A stretch of 64,000 nt of DNA from a virus (IMGVR_UViG_2595698293_000001:128001-192000), one strand, 5' to 3'. Numbered from the stretch's first letter, positions 33,297-43,798 are shown. Numbers and translations: made by a program. Notes: generated by a model from the letters alone, not told the origin.

Positions 33297-33739
33297 TTAT
33301 GAAATATTATATGGTAACGGAAGGTGATTCGAGTGGTATTCATTTTTTATGGTCTTATTATGAATTGCTTGACTGTTGCACAGTAGAAGATGCAGAAGAT
33401 TTATACAGAGAAGAAAATGGATATTCACTGGATGCACCTTATGGATTGAGAATTTATAGTAAAGAAATTACAGAAAAAGAATATCATGATGGATTGCATT
33501 TTAACGATTATTATGGTGTTAGAACGCTAATTACCGAATTGATGTTTAAAAATAACATTTTCCCACTAAAAAGTTGGGCTTTAATGTTTGCAAATCCAAA
33601 AAAACCTGTTAGAATAGGGTTTCCTGGTTCACATCTAGTCTATCGTATGAATGATAAACGAGAGCTTAGCTACCAGTATGATTATGATTCACATAAGTTT
33701 GGTCTTCTACCAGCATTTAAAGGTTTGACAAATGAGTAA
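33293..33739 (+). CDS. Hypothetical protein
   Basis: Packed ORF. Confidence 0.6.
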   Translation: MIMKYYMVTEGDSSGIHFLWSYYELLDCCTVEDAEDLYREENGYSLDAPYGLRIYSKEITEKEYHDGLHFNDYYGVRTLITELMFKNNIFPLKSWALMFANPKKPVRIGFPGSHLVYRMNDKRELSYQYDYDSHKFGLLPAFKGLTNE

Positions 33740-34067
33740 AGATTCATTAGAATTTATTTTACGTTGTGATTGTGGTGAAAAATCAGATCATGTAATTCAC
33801 ATTGCACAGTACGATCTAGACGAAGAGTACGGTGATAATAAACTTGGCACTTGTTTAATCAGTGCTCGTTTAGAACCATGTAAAACATGGTATGAACGTG
33901 TTTGGATTGGTATCAAATACATCTTTGGTTACAATAGTTATCAGTATATGGATACAATGGTTGATGTTGATATCCTACGTGAAGTAGTACAACAGTTAAA
34001 AGATGAACGTTCAGAAGAAGACAAAAAAGCTTCTCGTGAAAAACGCTCAGAGGTTAAGGTTCTATGA
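33732..34067 (+). CDS. Hypothetical protein
   Basis: CDC..H motif; W.ERVWIGIKYIFGY. Confidence 0.65.
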   Translation: MSKDSLEFILRCDCGEKSDHVIHIAQYDLDEEYGDNKLGTCLISARLEPCKTWYERVWIGIKYIFGYNSYQYMDTMVDVDILREVVQQLKDERSEEDKKASREKRSEVKVL

Positions 34068-34258
34068 GTGTGTTATTTGAAAAGAAATATTGTACTAAAT
34101 GCTTGACAGCTTATACAATTCAGGGTATGATTTGTTGCTCAAACTGTCAAAGCACAGATGCTCAAACGTTTTTGGTTGATGATCGTTACACCGATTTAAT
34201 TCAATTCAAAGCGAATCGAAATTTAAAACATTTTAGTGCTTTACACGACAAAGATTGA
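34064..34258 (+). CDS. Small zinc-ribbon protein
   Basis: CTKC...CSNC. Confidence 0.55.
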   Translation: MSVLFEKKYCTKCLTAYTIQGMICCSNCQSTDAQTFLVDDRYTDLIQFKANRNLKHFSALHDKD

Positions 34259-34303
34259 ATGCTATAATCATCTTAACTTAAACAAAAACAGGAATTACTT
34301 TAT

Positions 34304-34795
34304 ATGACTAACGTTAATACCAATCTAGTAACTGATATCAAAAAAGTTGTTACTTCACATCATTTCTTTGCACCAGAAAAACAACGAGTCATCTCTGATA
34401 TCAAAGAAGATGAACTGAGTATTATTATTCGTTTTAAAGAACCCGGTGATGAAATTTCATCACAGTTCACTGTACTTCGTGGTAAATTCCGCGAAGAAGG
34501 CGTTGACAAGATCCCAGCTTACATTCTTTTTATTACACTTGGTAGTGTAATTAAGCTGGAAATTGATGAAAATCTGGAGCGTTCATATAAATTCATGCTT
34601 GCACCAGTTACAGATGATGATAACATTGAACTGGATTTCAAGAATGATTTCACTGAAGAAGAATTCTTTCAGCAAAGTACAATCCATGATTTCCGTTCAG
34701 TAACTTATGAGCATGTCGAACTTATCAAAGATATGATTGAACCAGTTACCAGTTACGAGAAATATCTCGATGGTCAAGCTGAAGGCAACGAATAA
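34304..34795 (+). CDS. Hypothetical protein, FFQxS-motif family member
   Basis: TEEEFFQQSTIHDF; own promoter upstream and terminator at 34802-34826. Confidence 0.75.
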   Translation: MTNVNTNLVTDIKKVVTSHHFFAPEKQRVISDIKEDELSIIIRFKEPGDEISSQFTVLRGKFREEGVDKIPAYILFITLGSVIKLEIDENLERSYKFMLAPVTDDDNIELDFKNDFTEEEFFQQSTIHDFRSVTYEHVELIKDMIEPVTSYEKYLDGQAEGNE

Positions 34796-34845
34796 AAATA
34801 AATAACCCACTTCGGTGGGTTATTTTCTATATAAGGATATAAATT

Positions 34846-35403
34846 ATGTTAAAAGAAATTCAAAAATTAACAAATTCAATTGTAGATTTTCTTAAAGATA
34901 AAAATGGTTTTAGTACTGAAGTATCAAAACAAGGTGTTCAGCTAATCGTTAAAAATCCTAATGGTACTGAAACTTTGTATGATGTTTATGAATTGCTTTT
35001 ATATAAACTTAGTGCTAATAAACTAGGCGGTGATATTCAGTTAAACATTAATGATAGTACTGAGGGTAAGATTTTTGCAATTAACACGAATGTAAATTTT
35101 GATATTCATTCCAAAATCCTCGAAATTAATAATTCATTTGATGATTACAAACACGACACTATTCGTGGTGTTTTTGTTAGTACTCAATTGTCTGAAAGTA
35201 CAAATCCATTTTCGGTACTAACCATGTATAAAAATGGTACATGGGTTCGTTACGATTTAACACTGTCGGAATTACTGTACGCTTGTGTAAATGGGTATAA
35301 ATTACAATTGAACGATTCAGGTTTTGTATACAATGAATTACGTGAATTGTGTGAAAATGTAAAAAAAGAAATGAAGCAAGAAGAAAATACAATATCCAAA
35401 TAA
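34846..35403 (+). CDS. Hypothetical protein
   Basis: AAGGA SD plus ORF. Confidence 0.65.
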   Translation: MLKEIQKLTNSIVDFLKDKNGFSTEVSKQGVQLIVKNPNGTETLYDVYELLLYKLSANKLGGDIQLNINDSTEGKIFAINTNVNFDIHSKILEINNSFDDYKHDTIRGVFVSTQLSESTNPFSVLTMYKNGTWVRYDLTLSELLYACVNGYKLQLNDSGFVYNELRELCENVKKEMKQEENTISK

Positions 35404-35419
35404 TGAGGTAGATCTCTGT

Positions 35420-35842
35420 ATGACATTACATGAAGTACTGAATAGTTTCTTTGAATTGAATATTTCAGAAATGAAAACCAAACAAAATAGACACCAACAT
35501 AGTGTTTGGTATGATGCCCAACCACAACCGTTTTTAATCAATTTTAAAGAAACAGAAACATACACAATAATGAGATTTCATCATTTTGATGGTGAAAATA
35601 ATTACAGGGTATCATATGATGCAGGAACTGATCGACTGATTTACACAGTAATGGGTACAATTTCATCAACCATTACGATTGGAAACTTCTCTTCTTATAA
35701 ATCAGAAGATAATTTTTTTCAGGATTCACTGATTAATGATTACAATGATTTATCATTCGAAGATATTGACAAAATGATGAATATGTTCTATAATGTAAAA
35801 AATACAAGTTTATCCCTATTTGGTGAAGATGATGAAATTTGA
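35420..35842 (+). CDS. Hypothetical protein, FFQxS-motif family member
   Basis: SEDNFFQDSLINDY. Confidence 0.7.
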   Translation: MTLHEVLNSFFELNISEMKTKQNRHQHSVWYDAQPQPFLINFKETETYTIMRFHHFDGENNYRVSYDAGTDRLIYTVMGTISSTITIGNFSSYKSEDNFFQDSLINDYNDLSFEDIDKMMNMFYNVKNTSLSLFGEDDEI

Positions 35843-36269
35843 TTTAGAAAAATTTCTGGATTTGGATTTAGATTCATTTTATATCAGAAAGTTTATTTTT
35901 AAACCACACACAAATGTGGTTGATTATGCTGTGATTGAACTACATGAATCAGACTATACAATTTGGTACGATGTTGATGATTGTATTCAACTAAAGGAAT
36001 GTGATGAATGTAAAGGTTATGTTCTGTTGTATGACCTCAATACAAATGAAATTACATTAAAAACTTCACATTATGATGAATACGGTATTATAACAAGACG
36101 TGAATGTGTTGCATTTTCACATGATGATTACACAGAAGAATCATTTTTTATGATTAGTACCTTACATGATGTTGGGGAATTTACATTTGAAACTTTCGAT
36201 AAATTTAATAAAATTTTGAAAAAGATTAAATCAATGATAAAGGAAATTGAAAATGAACAGTCCAAGTAA
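35829..36269 (+). CDS. Hypothetical protein, FFQxS-motif family member
   Basis: TEESFFMISTLHDV. Confidence 0.7.
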   Translation: MMKFDLEKFLDLDLDSFYIRKFIFKPHTNVVDYAVIELHESDYTIWYDVDDCIQLKECDECKGYVLLYDLNTNEITLKTSHYDEYGIITRRECVAFSHDDYTEESFFMISTLHDVGEFTFETFDKFNKILKKIKSMIKEIENEQSK

Positions 36270-36666
36270 ATGTTATATTGTTATTCGTAATGATTTGGAT
36301 ATGCCAGAAGGTAAATTTGGTGCACAAATCGGTCATGGCATCGACGCGGTATGGAAAGAGGTTTTGGTAGCCGGTACAATGGTGCGTGCTGCAAATATAG
36401 CCAATGAACAACCAAAAGAGCGTGATATCAAAATACAGGATGAAATTTCTAAATGGGTGAGTGATGGTAGTAGAAAGATTATTCTAAAAACAAAATCAGA
36501 AGACGAATTACTGAAAATTTATAAAAAGGTATTGTCTGAAGGTTGTATTTGTACTAAAATTTATGATTACGGATTTAATTTTTTTGATGGTTTAACTTTA
36601 ACTGGTATTGTTGTACATCCATGTTCAGAAGAAATTAAAACATTAAAACGAGTACGCTTATGGTAA
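36253..36666 (+). CDS. Peptidyl-tRNA hydrolase type 2 (Pth2)-like protein
   Basis: YIVIRNDLDMPEGKFGAQIGHG, W...G.RKIILK, I.DYG, T.TG....P. Confidence 0.8.
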   Translation: MNSPSKCYIVIRNDLDMPEGKFGAQIGHGIDAVWKEVLVAGTMVRAANIANEQPKERDIKIQDEISKWVSDGSRKIILKTKSEDELLKIYKKVLSEGCICTKIYDYGFNFFDGLTLTGIVVHPCSEEIKTLKRVRLW

Positions 36667-37034
36667 ATGAACATTTAAAAGAATTATGTTCTTTATGGAA
36701 ATCATCTGATGTAAGATTTGAACCTGTACCCAAAAATAAAGATAACTGGCATAATTCTATTGTTATGGGGTCTTGTGGTTTTTTTCTTTTACCTATGGTA
36801 CTAAAAGATAAAAAAATAGGTATTGTTGTTTTATACAATGATCTTATATATTATTTTTTGTACGAAGATGAAATTCAGTACGTACATAATAATATGACAC
36901 ATACATATAAAAGAGATACCACACATGAAGAACTATTCCAACTAAGTACTTTATACGATGGAGTAATTCAGTACGAAAACTTAATAGAAGTTTTTAACTT
37001 ATATGATTCCGTAATGGAGGTAATTGAAAGATGA
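36660..37034 (+). CDS. Hypothetical protein, FFQxS-motif family member
   Basis: THEELFQLSTLYDG. Confidence 0.7.
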   Translation: MVNEHLKELCSLWKSSDVRFEPVPKNKDNWHNSIVMGSCGFFLLPMVLKDKKIGIVVLYNDLIYYFLYEDEIQYVHNNMTHTYKRDTTHEELFQLSTLYDGVIQYENLIEVFNLYDSVMEVIER

Positions 37035-37372
37035 TGAGTCATTGTAAATTCTGGCTTCCTGTTATGGTTGTTCTGTTTATTATTTTTACAGTAGTAAACT
37101 ATAAAATCCACAATTCTATTCCAAGACAGCCTACAGCAGAAGAATTAGCTATTCATCAAAATAGTGGTTTATATGCTGAAGTACTCAATAAAATCAAAAA
37201 CAAATGTACTGGTATCAGTGATAATGAAAGGAATACATTCTATACATGTCAGGACGGTTCTAAAGTATCAGTGATTTACTGGAAACGACAAGATAGAAGT
37301 GGGTATGTCACTCGTGATTTTGATAAAAATGGTAAATTAATTTCGATTTATGGACACCCAGATGATATCTAA
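37031..37372 (+). CDS. Hypothetical membrane-anchored protein
   Basis: N-terminal TM. Confidence 0.6.
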   Translation: MMSHCKFWLPVMVVLFIIFTVVNYKIHNSIPRQPTAEELAIHQNSGLYAEVLNKIKNKCTGISDNERNTFYTCQDGSKVSVIYWKRQDRSGYVTRDFDKNGKLISIYGHPDDI

Positions 37373-37814
37373 AGAACAACATAAATTTTTATTCAAAATA
37401 TTGAATTCTTATAAAGTTAATAAGTTCAGTACTAAACACGTTCACAATCCAAAAATTGTTATTAGCACAAGGCGATATATAGGAAATAACAATTTTGAAA
37501 TATACTTATATAAAGGAACTATTTCATTAGAAATTCAAAGATATGGTATTATTTTATTATTAATTGAGTATAATCCAATTTCTGACAATATGACGTTATT
37601 ATTCAATGATAATGAACATTGTTCTGAAATCGTTTATCGTATAAACGATGTGTCGGAAATTCTTGAAGAAGATGGTTATTTTCAACAAAGTCTTGTACAA
37701 AATCTTCCATTGGAATATAATGATTTTTGTAAAATGATGGATGATATCACAACCATCAAAAATTCAATGCTGGAACGTTTTGAGTTAACAGAGCAAGTGT
37801 GCGACAATGACTAA
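37350..37814 (+). CDS. Hypothetical protein, FFQxS-motif family member
   Basis: EEDGYFQQSLVQNL. Confidence 0.7.
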   Translation: MDTQMISKEQHKFLFKILNSYKVNKFSTKHVHNPKIVISTRRYIGNNNFEIYLYKGTISLEIQRYGIILLLIEYNPISDNMTLLFNDNEHCSEIVYRINDVSEILEEDGYFQQSLVQNLPLEYNDFCKMMDDITTIKNSMLERFELTEQVCDND

Positions 37815-38061
37815 AGTAGTTAGAAAGCGTAGAGTACTTGATAATGATGAATTCAAATCATTAGAGATTCATCGTCAATTGTTTCACCGTCTTTGTGCTG
37901 GCGAGAAACAAATTGTAGTTACTGAAACATATGAAGAACCAGAAAATATTTTCGGTAACTATTTCCCTGTATTCAATTTGTATATTAAACGCGGTCTATT
38001 GGAAGTAATTACAATAGATCAGTTACCGGAAGATGAACATGAATTTACTGTTATCAAATAA
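37807..38061 (+). CDS. Hypothetical protein (possible frameshifted tail to 38121)
   Basis: ORF; acidic continuation in the +1 frame. Confidence 0.55.
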   Translation: MTKVVRKRRVLDNDEFKSLEIHRQLFHRLCAGEKQIVVTETYEEPENIFGNYFPVFNLYIKRGLLEVITIDQLPEDEHEFTVIK

Positions 38062-38122
38062 AGAACCATTAGATCGTGATGATGATTTTTATGATGAACG
38101 TTATGGTGAATCGGAGGAATAA

Positions 38123-38677
38123 ATGGGATTAGATATCTATAAATGTAAAATTAGTTCTACTAAACAAGAACATGGTTTTATTACATGTTCACAAGAAGAG
38201 ATTGATTCAAATAAATCAATTAAAGAACTATTCCAGAAATATAAAAATTATATCAATATCGGCACTGAAGAATACATTGATATTGAACAAAGTTTAATCA
38301 AATTTAATCTTTCTGATGAATGGTTTTTATCTGGATATGAGTTCAATGAAGATGAGGATTCATATTATGCAGTATTTGATTGTACTCTACCATTGTTCGA
38401 TTCCGTAAAAGTATTATATAATGAACTCATCACAAAAGATGAAAAAGTTTATACATTATATTACACAGAAATTGGCTATCAACGTAGAGATTATAAACCC
38501 GGAATCTATGCTGATCTTTGGGGATGTGACCATGAAGAACACGACGGATATTACAGCTTAAATGTTGTAACAGATAATTCAGTACTTGAACTTGTTAAAA
38601 TGTATGCGAATGAAAATTCTCCACTTAGTCAATGGGTACTAAACGATAATGATGAATTTATTATCTTCGATTATTGA
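38123..38677 (+). CDS. Hypothetical protein
   Basis: GGAGG SD; MGLDIY N-terminus and EIGYQR pattern. Confidence 0.7.
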   Translation: MGLDIYKCKISSTKQEHGFITCSQEEIDSNKSIKELFQKYKNYINIGTEEYIDIEQSLIKFNLSDEWFLSGYEFNEDEDSYYAVFDCTLPLFDSVKVLYNELITKDEKVYTLYYTEIGYQRRDYKPGIYADLWGCDHEEHDGYYSLNVVTDNSVLELVKMYANENSPLSQWVLNDNDEFIIFDY

Positions 38678-38707
38678 GATTTCTAAATAAAATAAAACAT
38701 AACAAGG

Positions 38708-39601
38708 ATGTTTATGAAACCTATTACAGTACTGTCATTATTCAATGGGATGAGTGTTGGGTATATGGCACTAAAGAATGCTGGAATTCCAGTACAGAAA
38801 TATTACTCATCAGAAATTGATAAATTTGCTATTGCTGAATCACAAGCCAACTACCCTGATATTATTCAGTTAGGTGATATAACTAAATGGGAAGATTGGG
38901 ATATCGACTGGGGTAGTATTGACCTACTTATTGGTGGAAGTCCTTGTACTGATGTAAGTTTTGCGGGAAAACAAGAGGGGTTAGTGAAACCAGATGAAAA
39001 CGGTGATGGTGGAACAAGAAGTGGTTTATTTTATATAATGATTGACATATTCAATCATATTAAATCGATAAATCCAGATTTAAATTTTTTATTTGAAAAT
39101 GTCAAGATGAAAAAAGAACATCTTGAAGAATTTAATAATAATATAGGGGTTGATCCTGTTCTAATCAATTCTGAATTATATACTGCTCATTACAGACAGA
39201 GATATTACTGGATTAGCTCAAATAAGCTAATTCTCAATCCCACCTACAAAGCCCCAGTACTTCAAGATATTATTGTTAATGCATATACTGACAGGAATAA
39301 ATCATATTGCATTGATGCCAATTACTGGAAAAAGGGGAATATCACACAGTACTTACGCAAATCAAGAAGACAGATTGTTTATCTAAGAGACGATCATGAT
39401 TTATTCAGTACTGAAGAAAAAATTAACACATTTAAACTCAATGTTGACTATAGACATTTAACAGTAGACGAAGTATGTTTATTACAGGGTGTACCTGTTG
39501 GATTTTTTAAAGTAAGTAGTGCAACACAAGCATACAAAATGCTAGGTAATGGATGGACATGTCCAGTTATTGAACATCTATTAAAGGAAATTTTCTTTTA
39601 A
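38708..39601 (+). CDS. DNA (cytosine-5) methyltransferase
   Basis: LSLFNG, GGSPC, FENV, RQRYYW, LGNGW motifs. Confidence 0.9.
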   Translation: MFMKPITVLSLFNGMSVGYMALKNAGIPVQKYYSSEIDKFAIAESQANYPDIIQLGDITKWEDWDIDWGSIDLLIGGSPCTDVSFAGKQEGLVKPDENGDGGTRSGLFYIMIDIFNHIKSINPDLNFLFENVKMKKEHLEEFNNNIGVDPVLINSELYTAHYRQRYYWISSNKLILNPTYKAPVLQDIIVNAYTDRNKSYCIDANYWKKGNITQYLRKSRRQIVYLRDDHDLFSTEEKINTFKLNVDYRHLTVDEVCLLQGVPVGFFKVSSATQAYKMLGNGWTCPVIEHLLKEIFF

Positions 39602-39630
39602 TTAATAATTTAAAATGGAAAATAATATCA

Positions 39631-39840
39631 ATGATTAGTAAAGTATACCTTGATGAAAATATTTCTAACGAAAAGACACAATATGCAGTTTATGATTCCT
39701 TGACTGATAAAGTACTAACAGAGAGTATTCATTCTTATAAAGCAGATGTTGAAGATTTTATGACACACAAATATGGTGCTGACTGGCGTACAACACATGC
39801 ATTATATAGTATTCGTGAAATTAAAATCGTAGTGTTATAA
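39631..39840 (+). CDS. Hypothetical protein
   Basis: ORF followed by terminator at 39846-39871. Confidence 0.6.
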   Translation: MISKVYLDENISNEKTQYAVYDSLTDKVLTESIHSYKADVEDFMTHKYGADWRTTHALYSIREIKIVVL

Positions 39841-39893
39841 ACATAAAAAATCCACCACATGTGGATTTTTTTCTATTTGAGATTAAATTAAAC

Positions 39894-40331
39894 ATGCACA
39901 ATGAAGAAATAATTCATTTTCTTAAATTTTATTTAAAATGTATCAATGCTGTTCAAAAATTAATGGAATGTGAAATGATTAATGATTTTAATGATCATTT
40001 TGGATATATAAGTACAGATTTATATCCCGTCCCTGTTCGTGCAAAATGGAATTATGATCAAGATGCATATGCAATGCAACTGGATTTTGATTTATTCGGA
40101 CTACCATCTAAATTTAATATAGAAACTATTTGTTTTGATAAAAATGATGGTTTGATTTTAATTTGTTATAACAATAAAACAGAAGTTGATTTAAAATACA
40201 GAGAATGGTTAACCGAAGAATCGTATTTTCAGTCCTCATTAATTTATGATTTGGGTAGTACTGATTTACAGTACTGGAAAAAATGCATTGATTTATTTGA
40301 AAAGATTGAAGGAGTAATGACAGGTGTTTAA
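39894..40331 (+). CDS. Hypothetical protein, FFQxS-motif family member
   Basis: WLTEESYFQSSLIYDLGSTDLQYWKKCI; close paralog of the ORF at 49747. Confidence 0.7.
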   Translation: MHNEEIIHFLKFYLKCINAVQKLMECEMINDFNDHFGYISTDLYPVPVRAKWNYDQDAYAMQLDFDLFGLPSKFNIETICFDKNDGLILICYNNKTEVDLKYREWLTEESYFQSSLIYDLGSTDLQYWKKCIDLFEKIEGVMTGV

Positions 40332-40719
40332 AATAAAACTAATTTATACCACCGGCGATACATTCGAAACACGTGAAGTAGAAAGATTTATTAATTGCGA
40401 ATGGGATACAGAAGAGAAAGCTATTCATGAAATGAATAAAATCCGAGAGCACTGGATTTTTAATAAAAAAATTAGTTCTACTCGTGATAAAGGCACAAAG
40501 AAGAGATTGGTATCACAAGCTATTATGCAATCATGGTATAAACCTGGTAATTCTGAATATACTATGCTGCTAGTTGATAATGATGGAAATTCTTTTGAGA
40601 TGTATGCTGCATGGTTAGGGTATTTTGAAATTCTTCATAGTACTGAAGTAGTCAATACAAACCAATTAGACAACTATATTGATTTCGATGAATTAAGATC
40701 AAACATGGGATTGTGGTAA
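40324..40719 (+). CDS. Hypothetical protein
   Basis: GGAG SD, GTG start; Y.TGD.F...W.GYFE.L pattern. Confidence 0.65.
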   Translation: MFKIKLIYTTGDTFETREVERFINCEWDTEEKAIHEMNKIREHWIFNKKISSTRDKGTKKRLVSQAIMQSWYKPGNSEYTMLLVDNDGNSFEMYAAWLGYFEILHSTEVVNTNQLDNYIDFDELRSNMGLW

Positions 40720-41153
40720 TGAATGGTCCAACTGTACTAAAAATCCTTCGTAAATTTAAACACCCAATATTGGTCGGTCGCTGGAAATCATTAAAAGAAA
40801 ATAAAAATACCGACGATCAAAAAAATATCAATTATAGATGGTATTGGGATTATTCTAAAGATTATGGTGATTCACTTTGTGTAAAAATTAAATTCAATAA
40901 TTATAATAAATGGTCTAGAGATAAAAAATATGTATATTCATATGATATTCACTTATCAAAGGAACATGTATTTATTTTTCATAGAAGTTACAACAAATTT
41001 TCAACTAAACATTATGTACTATTTTCTATAAATGAATTATATGAAGATTTAGAAAGTGTATTATTTCAGCAATCATTATTGACTTCTACTGGTATGGTGA
41101 GTACTCAAGAAATTGAAGTACTTAAAGAATTAAAAGATATATATTTTACATAA
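40719..41153 (+). CDS. Hypothetical protein, FFQxS-motif family member
   Basis: LESVLFQQSLLTS. Confidence 0.65.
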   Translation: MNGPTVLKILRKFKHPILVGRWKSLKENKNTDDQKNINYRWYWDYSKDYGDSLCVKIKFNNYNKWSRDKKYVYSYDIHLSKEHVFIFHRSYNKFSTKHYVLFSINELYEDLESVLFQQSLLTSTGMVSTQEIEVLKELKDIYFT

Positions 41154-41172
41154 TACAAATTGAGGATAATAA

Positions 41173-41700
41173 ATGTTTGGTATTTTATATAAATGCAATG
41201 ATGGTAGAGACTATTATTGTACGTCTTCGAGATTTGCACATTTCTCAGAAGATATTGAATCGATTGCTGAATTTGCACAACAAAAAACTGCTGAAAAAAT
41301 TGCAAACCATTTTACCAAAACAAATGATTTTGAAGAATTATATGGTACTGGTAAATTGTTAGTGATTAAAGTAGTTAAAGTACCTTTAAGTCTAAAGGAA
41401 ATTCCATTGATTAAACTAAAATCTGGATACCGAATTTATTCAGAAGAAAATGATGAATATTATAGTGGTAATAAAAATCCAAAAAGTTTCAATCATTTAA
41501 ATCTTGATGATTTACATTGTAGTACTGTTTATAAGTCAGAAAAAGAAGCACAAAAAACGATTGATGCTATGATTAAAGAATTTTATGATTATGCATTCAA
41601 CACTTATGAACCAGGTCATAGTCGTTATGAATATCACGTAAAGATATATGAAACAGATTACCTCATTGCTTCTAAATTAAAAATTGTTTATATTGAATAA
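41173..41700 (+). CDS. Hypothetical protein
   Basis: GAGG SD. Confidence 0.65.
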   Translation: MFGILYKCNDGRDYYCTSSRFAHFSEDIESIAEFAQQKTAEKIANHFTKTNDFEELYGTGKLLVIKVVKVPLSLKEIPLIKLKSGYRIYSEENDEYYSGNKNPKSFNHLNLDDLHCSTVYKSEKEAQKTIDAMIKEFYDYAFNTYEPGHSRYEYHVKIYETDYLIASKLKIVYIE

Positions 41701-41705
41701 AAAGC

Positions 41706-41733
41706 TTGACATATAAATTGACAATGATATAAT
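41706..41733 (+). promoter_or_regulatory. Sigma70 consensus promoter
   Basis: TTGACA-N16-TATAAT. Confidence 0.65.
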
Positions 41734-41763
41734 AATTGCAAATCAACCAAAGAGTGAATTTGT

Positions 41764-42003
41764 ATGAAATATTATAATGGCTTTAGTGATATTGGTGTAA
41801 AGTTTGAAAATGGTAAAGGATACTATTTCCATGGTATGTCACCTTGGATTGAAACCAATGTATCTGAAGGATTAATTAAGTCCCTTGCATACTATAAAAA
41901 ACTTAATGAATATGATATTCCTATGCGTGAAAAATCATCATTCAGTACTTCAATCGTTGATAACAAAGATCTTCTTATGGAGAAATTTAATGCCTTATCG
42001 TAA
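41764..42003 (+). CDS. Hypothetical protein
   Basis: ORF after promoter. Confidence 0.6.
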   Translation: MKYYNGFSDIGVKFENGKGYYFHGMSPWIETNVSEGLIKSLAYYKKLNEYDIPMREKSSFSTSIVDNKDLLMEKFNALS

Positions 42004-42148
42004 AAGTCGCGGTAAAATGAATCCTGAAACAAAAGCTGCATTAATTAATACGATGCTGATCGGAACAAATTATCATTGTATTGTTATTAATGGTGAAGTA
42101 CATAAAATTAATGTCAAAGAAATCCTTGACGAACGTCCTGATCTTTGA
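41990..42148 (+). CDS. Hypothetical protein
   Basis: GGAG SD before ATG 41990. Confidence 0.5.
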   Translation: MPYRKSRGKMNPETKAALINTMLIGTNYHCIVINGEVHKINVKEILDERPDL

Positions 42149-42196
42149 TATAATCGTTTACATCATCTACTGATACTATTAATTAAAGGAAATACC

Positions 42197-42628
42197 ATGA
42201 AATCTAAAATTCAGATGCGTCGTGCCAAACATATGATTGCTATTTGGTTAAAACCAGGTGATAAAGAATCATTAAAAGATGCATTTGATACTGCTAAACG
42301 TTGCTGGAATCGTTCTTCACAACGTGTATTGAAAACATGGGCTAAGGAACTCTATAAGAATCCCGAACGTTATGAATTCACTGGTATGGCACATAAAGAG
42401 TTGAAATTGGAAGATTTCTTCACTGAAGATGATTGTCAATATGTACTTGATACTGTACAAGAACACGTATCAGGTAGTGACAATCATTATGCTATTCGTA
42501 GTATTATCCAACACAAATGGGTTTATGGACTTAGCACTGATTACGCTATCCAATATGGCTTAGAAGCATACTTTGGCAAAGGTTTAAAATTTCGCCCCAA
42601 ACGTCCAGTACTGAAAGGTATCAAATAA
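42197..42628 (+). CDS. Hypothetical protein
   Basis: AAGGA SD. Confidence 0.7.
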   Translation: MKSKIQMRRAKHMIAIWLKPGDKESLKDAFDTAKRCWNRSSQRVLKTWAKELYKNPERYEFTGMAHKELKLEDFFTEDDCQYVLDTVQEHVSGSDNHYAIRSIIQHKWVYGLSTDYAIQYGLEAYFGKGLKFRPKRPVLKGIK

Positions 42629-42984
42629 TGAAACAATATGCTATCAAATATAAACCCAATGGGAAAATCATTTCTTTGTATAATACAAAAGAAGCTGCAT
42701 TGGAACGTTGTAAGTTTATTGGTGGTGATTCTAATGTATTTGGTGTATTTGAAGTATTTGTATATTTCGACCGTTATGATTCATCATATGAATGGATCGG
42801 TGTAGTACTGAAATCTAATAATACTGTATTGAATATCTTTGCTGATACTGGTGAAATTTCTAATAGTTGCCAGTACTTAATTAAAAACAAGCATTGCTAT
42901 ACCAAAAAAGTACAGATCCGTACTAATGGAAAAGAAATCAAAGCACCAAAAGTCAAAAAAGATGAGTTTTCATTTGAGGATTAA
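42628..42984 (+). CDS. Hypothetical protein
   Basis: Coupled start. Confidence 0.65.
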   Translation: MKQYAIKYKPNGKIISLYNTKEAALERCKFIGGDSNVFGVFEVFVYFDRYDSSYEWIGVVLKSNNTVLNIFADTGEISNSCQYLIKNKHCYTKKVQIRTNGKEIKAPKVKKDEFSFED

Positions 42985-42987
42985 ATA

Positions 42988-43530
42988 ATGGCTGGTATTG
43001 AAAAAGTTTGTGAATATAGTGGTGAATATCCGGGCGGTTTAATGTATGGATATAAGCGTAATCATATTCAGGTTATTCCAAAATATCGCAAAGAATTTCG
43101 TGGTAAGAAAGCAACACTGCATGTATTTAAAAATGGTTTAAAAGAAGTATATAAATGTGGTGCACGAAGTGATGCAGAACTCAAATGCATAAATCCTAAT
43201 CCATCCGAAGAGAATTGGGATAATCATGAGTACTATCGAATGGGTAAACGTACTCCCTGGGGAAAACCAGAAGTTTATGGTGTGTTCTTTGAAAATATCA
43301 AAGAATATAAAAATGCATTGAAGCAATATCATCAACGCCTTCTAATGGAATATGCTTATATTCTTGAAGTTCCAGAAGTTCAAGGCGAAGTCAATGGTTT
43401 GTACAGTAATTACAGTACAGATCTGACTTCGGTAAAACGCCGTATGCGTCGTTTGGTTGGACGAAAAAACTTGACAATCATTTATCATGATTGTACAATG
43501 TACGAATTCTATGAATCATTGGGGTATTAA
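42988..43530 (+). CDS. Hypothetical protein
   Basis: GAGG SD. Confidence 0.7.
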   Translation: MAGIEKVCEYSGEYPGGLMYGYKRNHIQVIPKYRKEFRGKKATLHVFKNGLKEVYKCGARSDAELKCINPNPSEENWDNHEYYRMGKRTPWGKPEVYGVFFENIKEYKNALKQYHQRLLMEYAYILEVPEVQGEVNGLYSNYSTDLTSVKRRMRRLVGRKNLTIIYHDCTMYEFYESLGY

Positions 43531-43531
43531 T

Positions 43532-43798
43532 ATGAAAAAGATTATCATTGCAGCATTGCTCTGTACTCTAACTGGAGTAGTATCCAGTACAGCAAATGCT
43601 TCTCTTCTTGGTAATAACAACAATAAAGAAGAACAAAAAGGAAAATACCATATTACATGTTGGCATCCAAATGGTAGTGAATACGTCAATCGTGATATTA
43701 AAGACTTTTATTCTTATAATTCTTTACTATTGAAGATTATCAATTTAAATGATAGTGTTGACTATGTTAATAGTGAATGTTATATTGAAAAATATTAA
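43532..43798 (+). CDS. Hypothetical exported protein
   Basis: Signal peptide MKKIIIAALLCTLTGVVSSTANA. Confidence 0.65.
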   Translation: MKKIIIAALLCTLTGVVSSTANASLLGNNNNKEEQKGKYHITCWHPNGSEYVNRDIKDFYSYNSLLLKIINLNDSVDYVNSECYIEKY

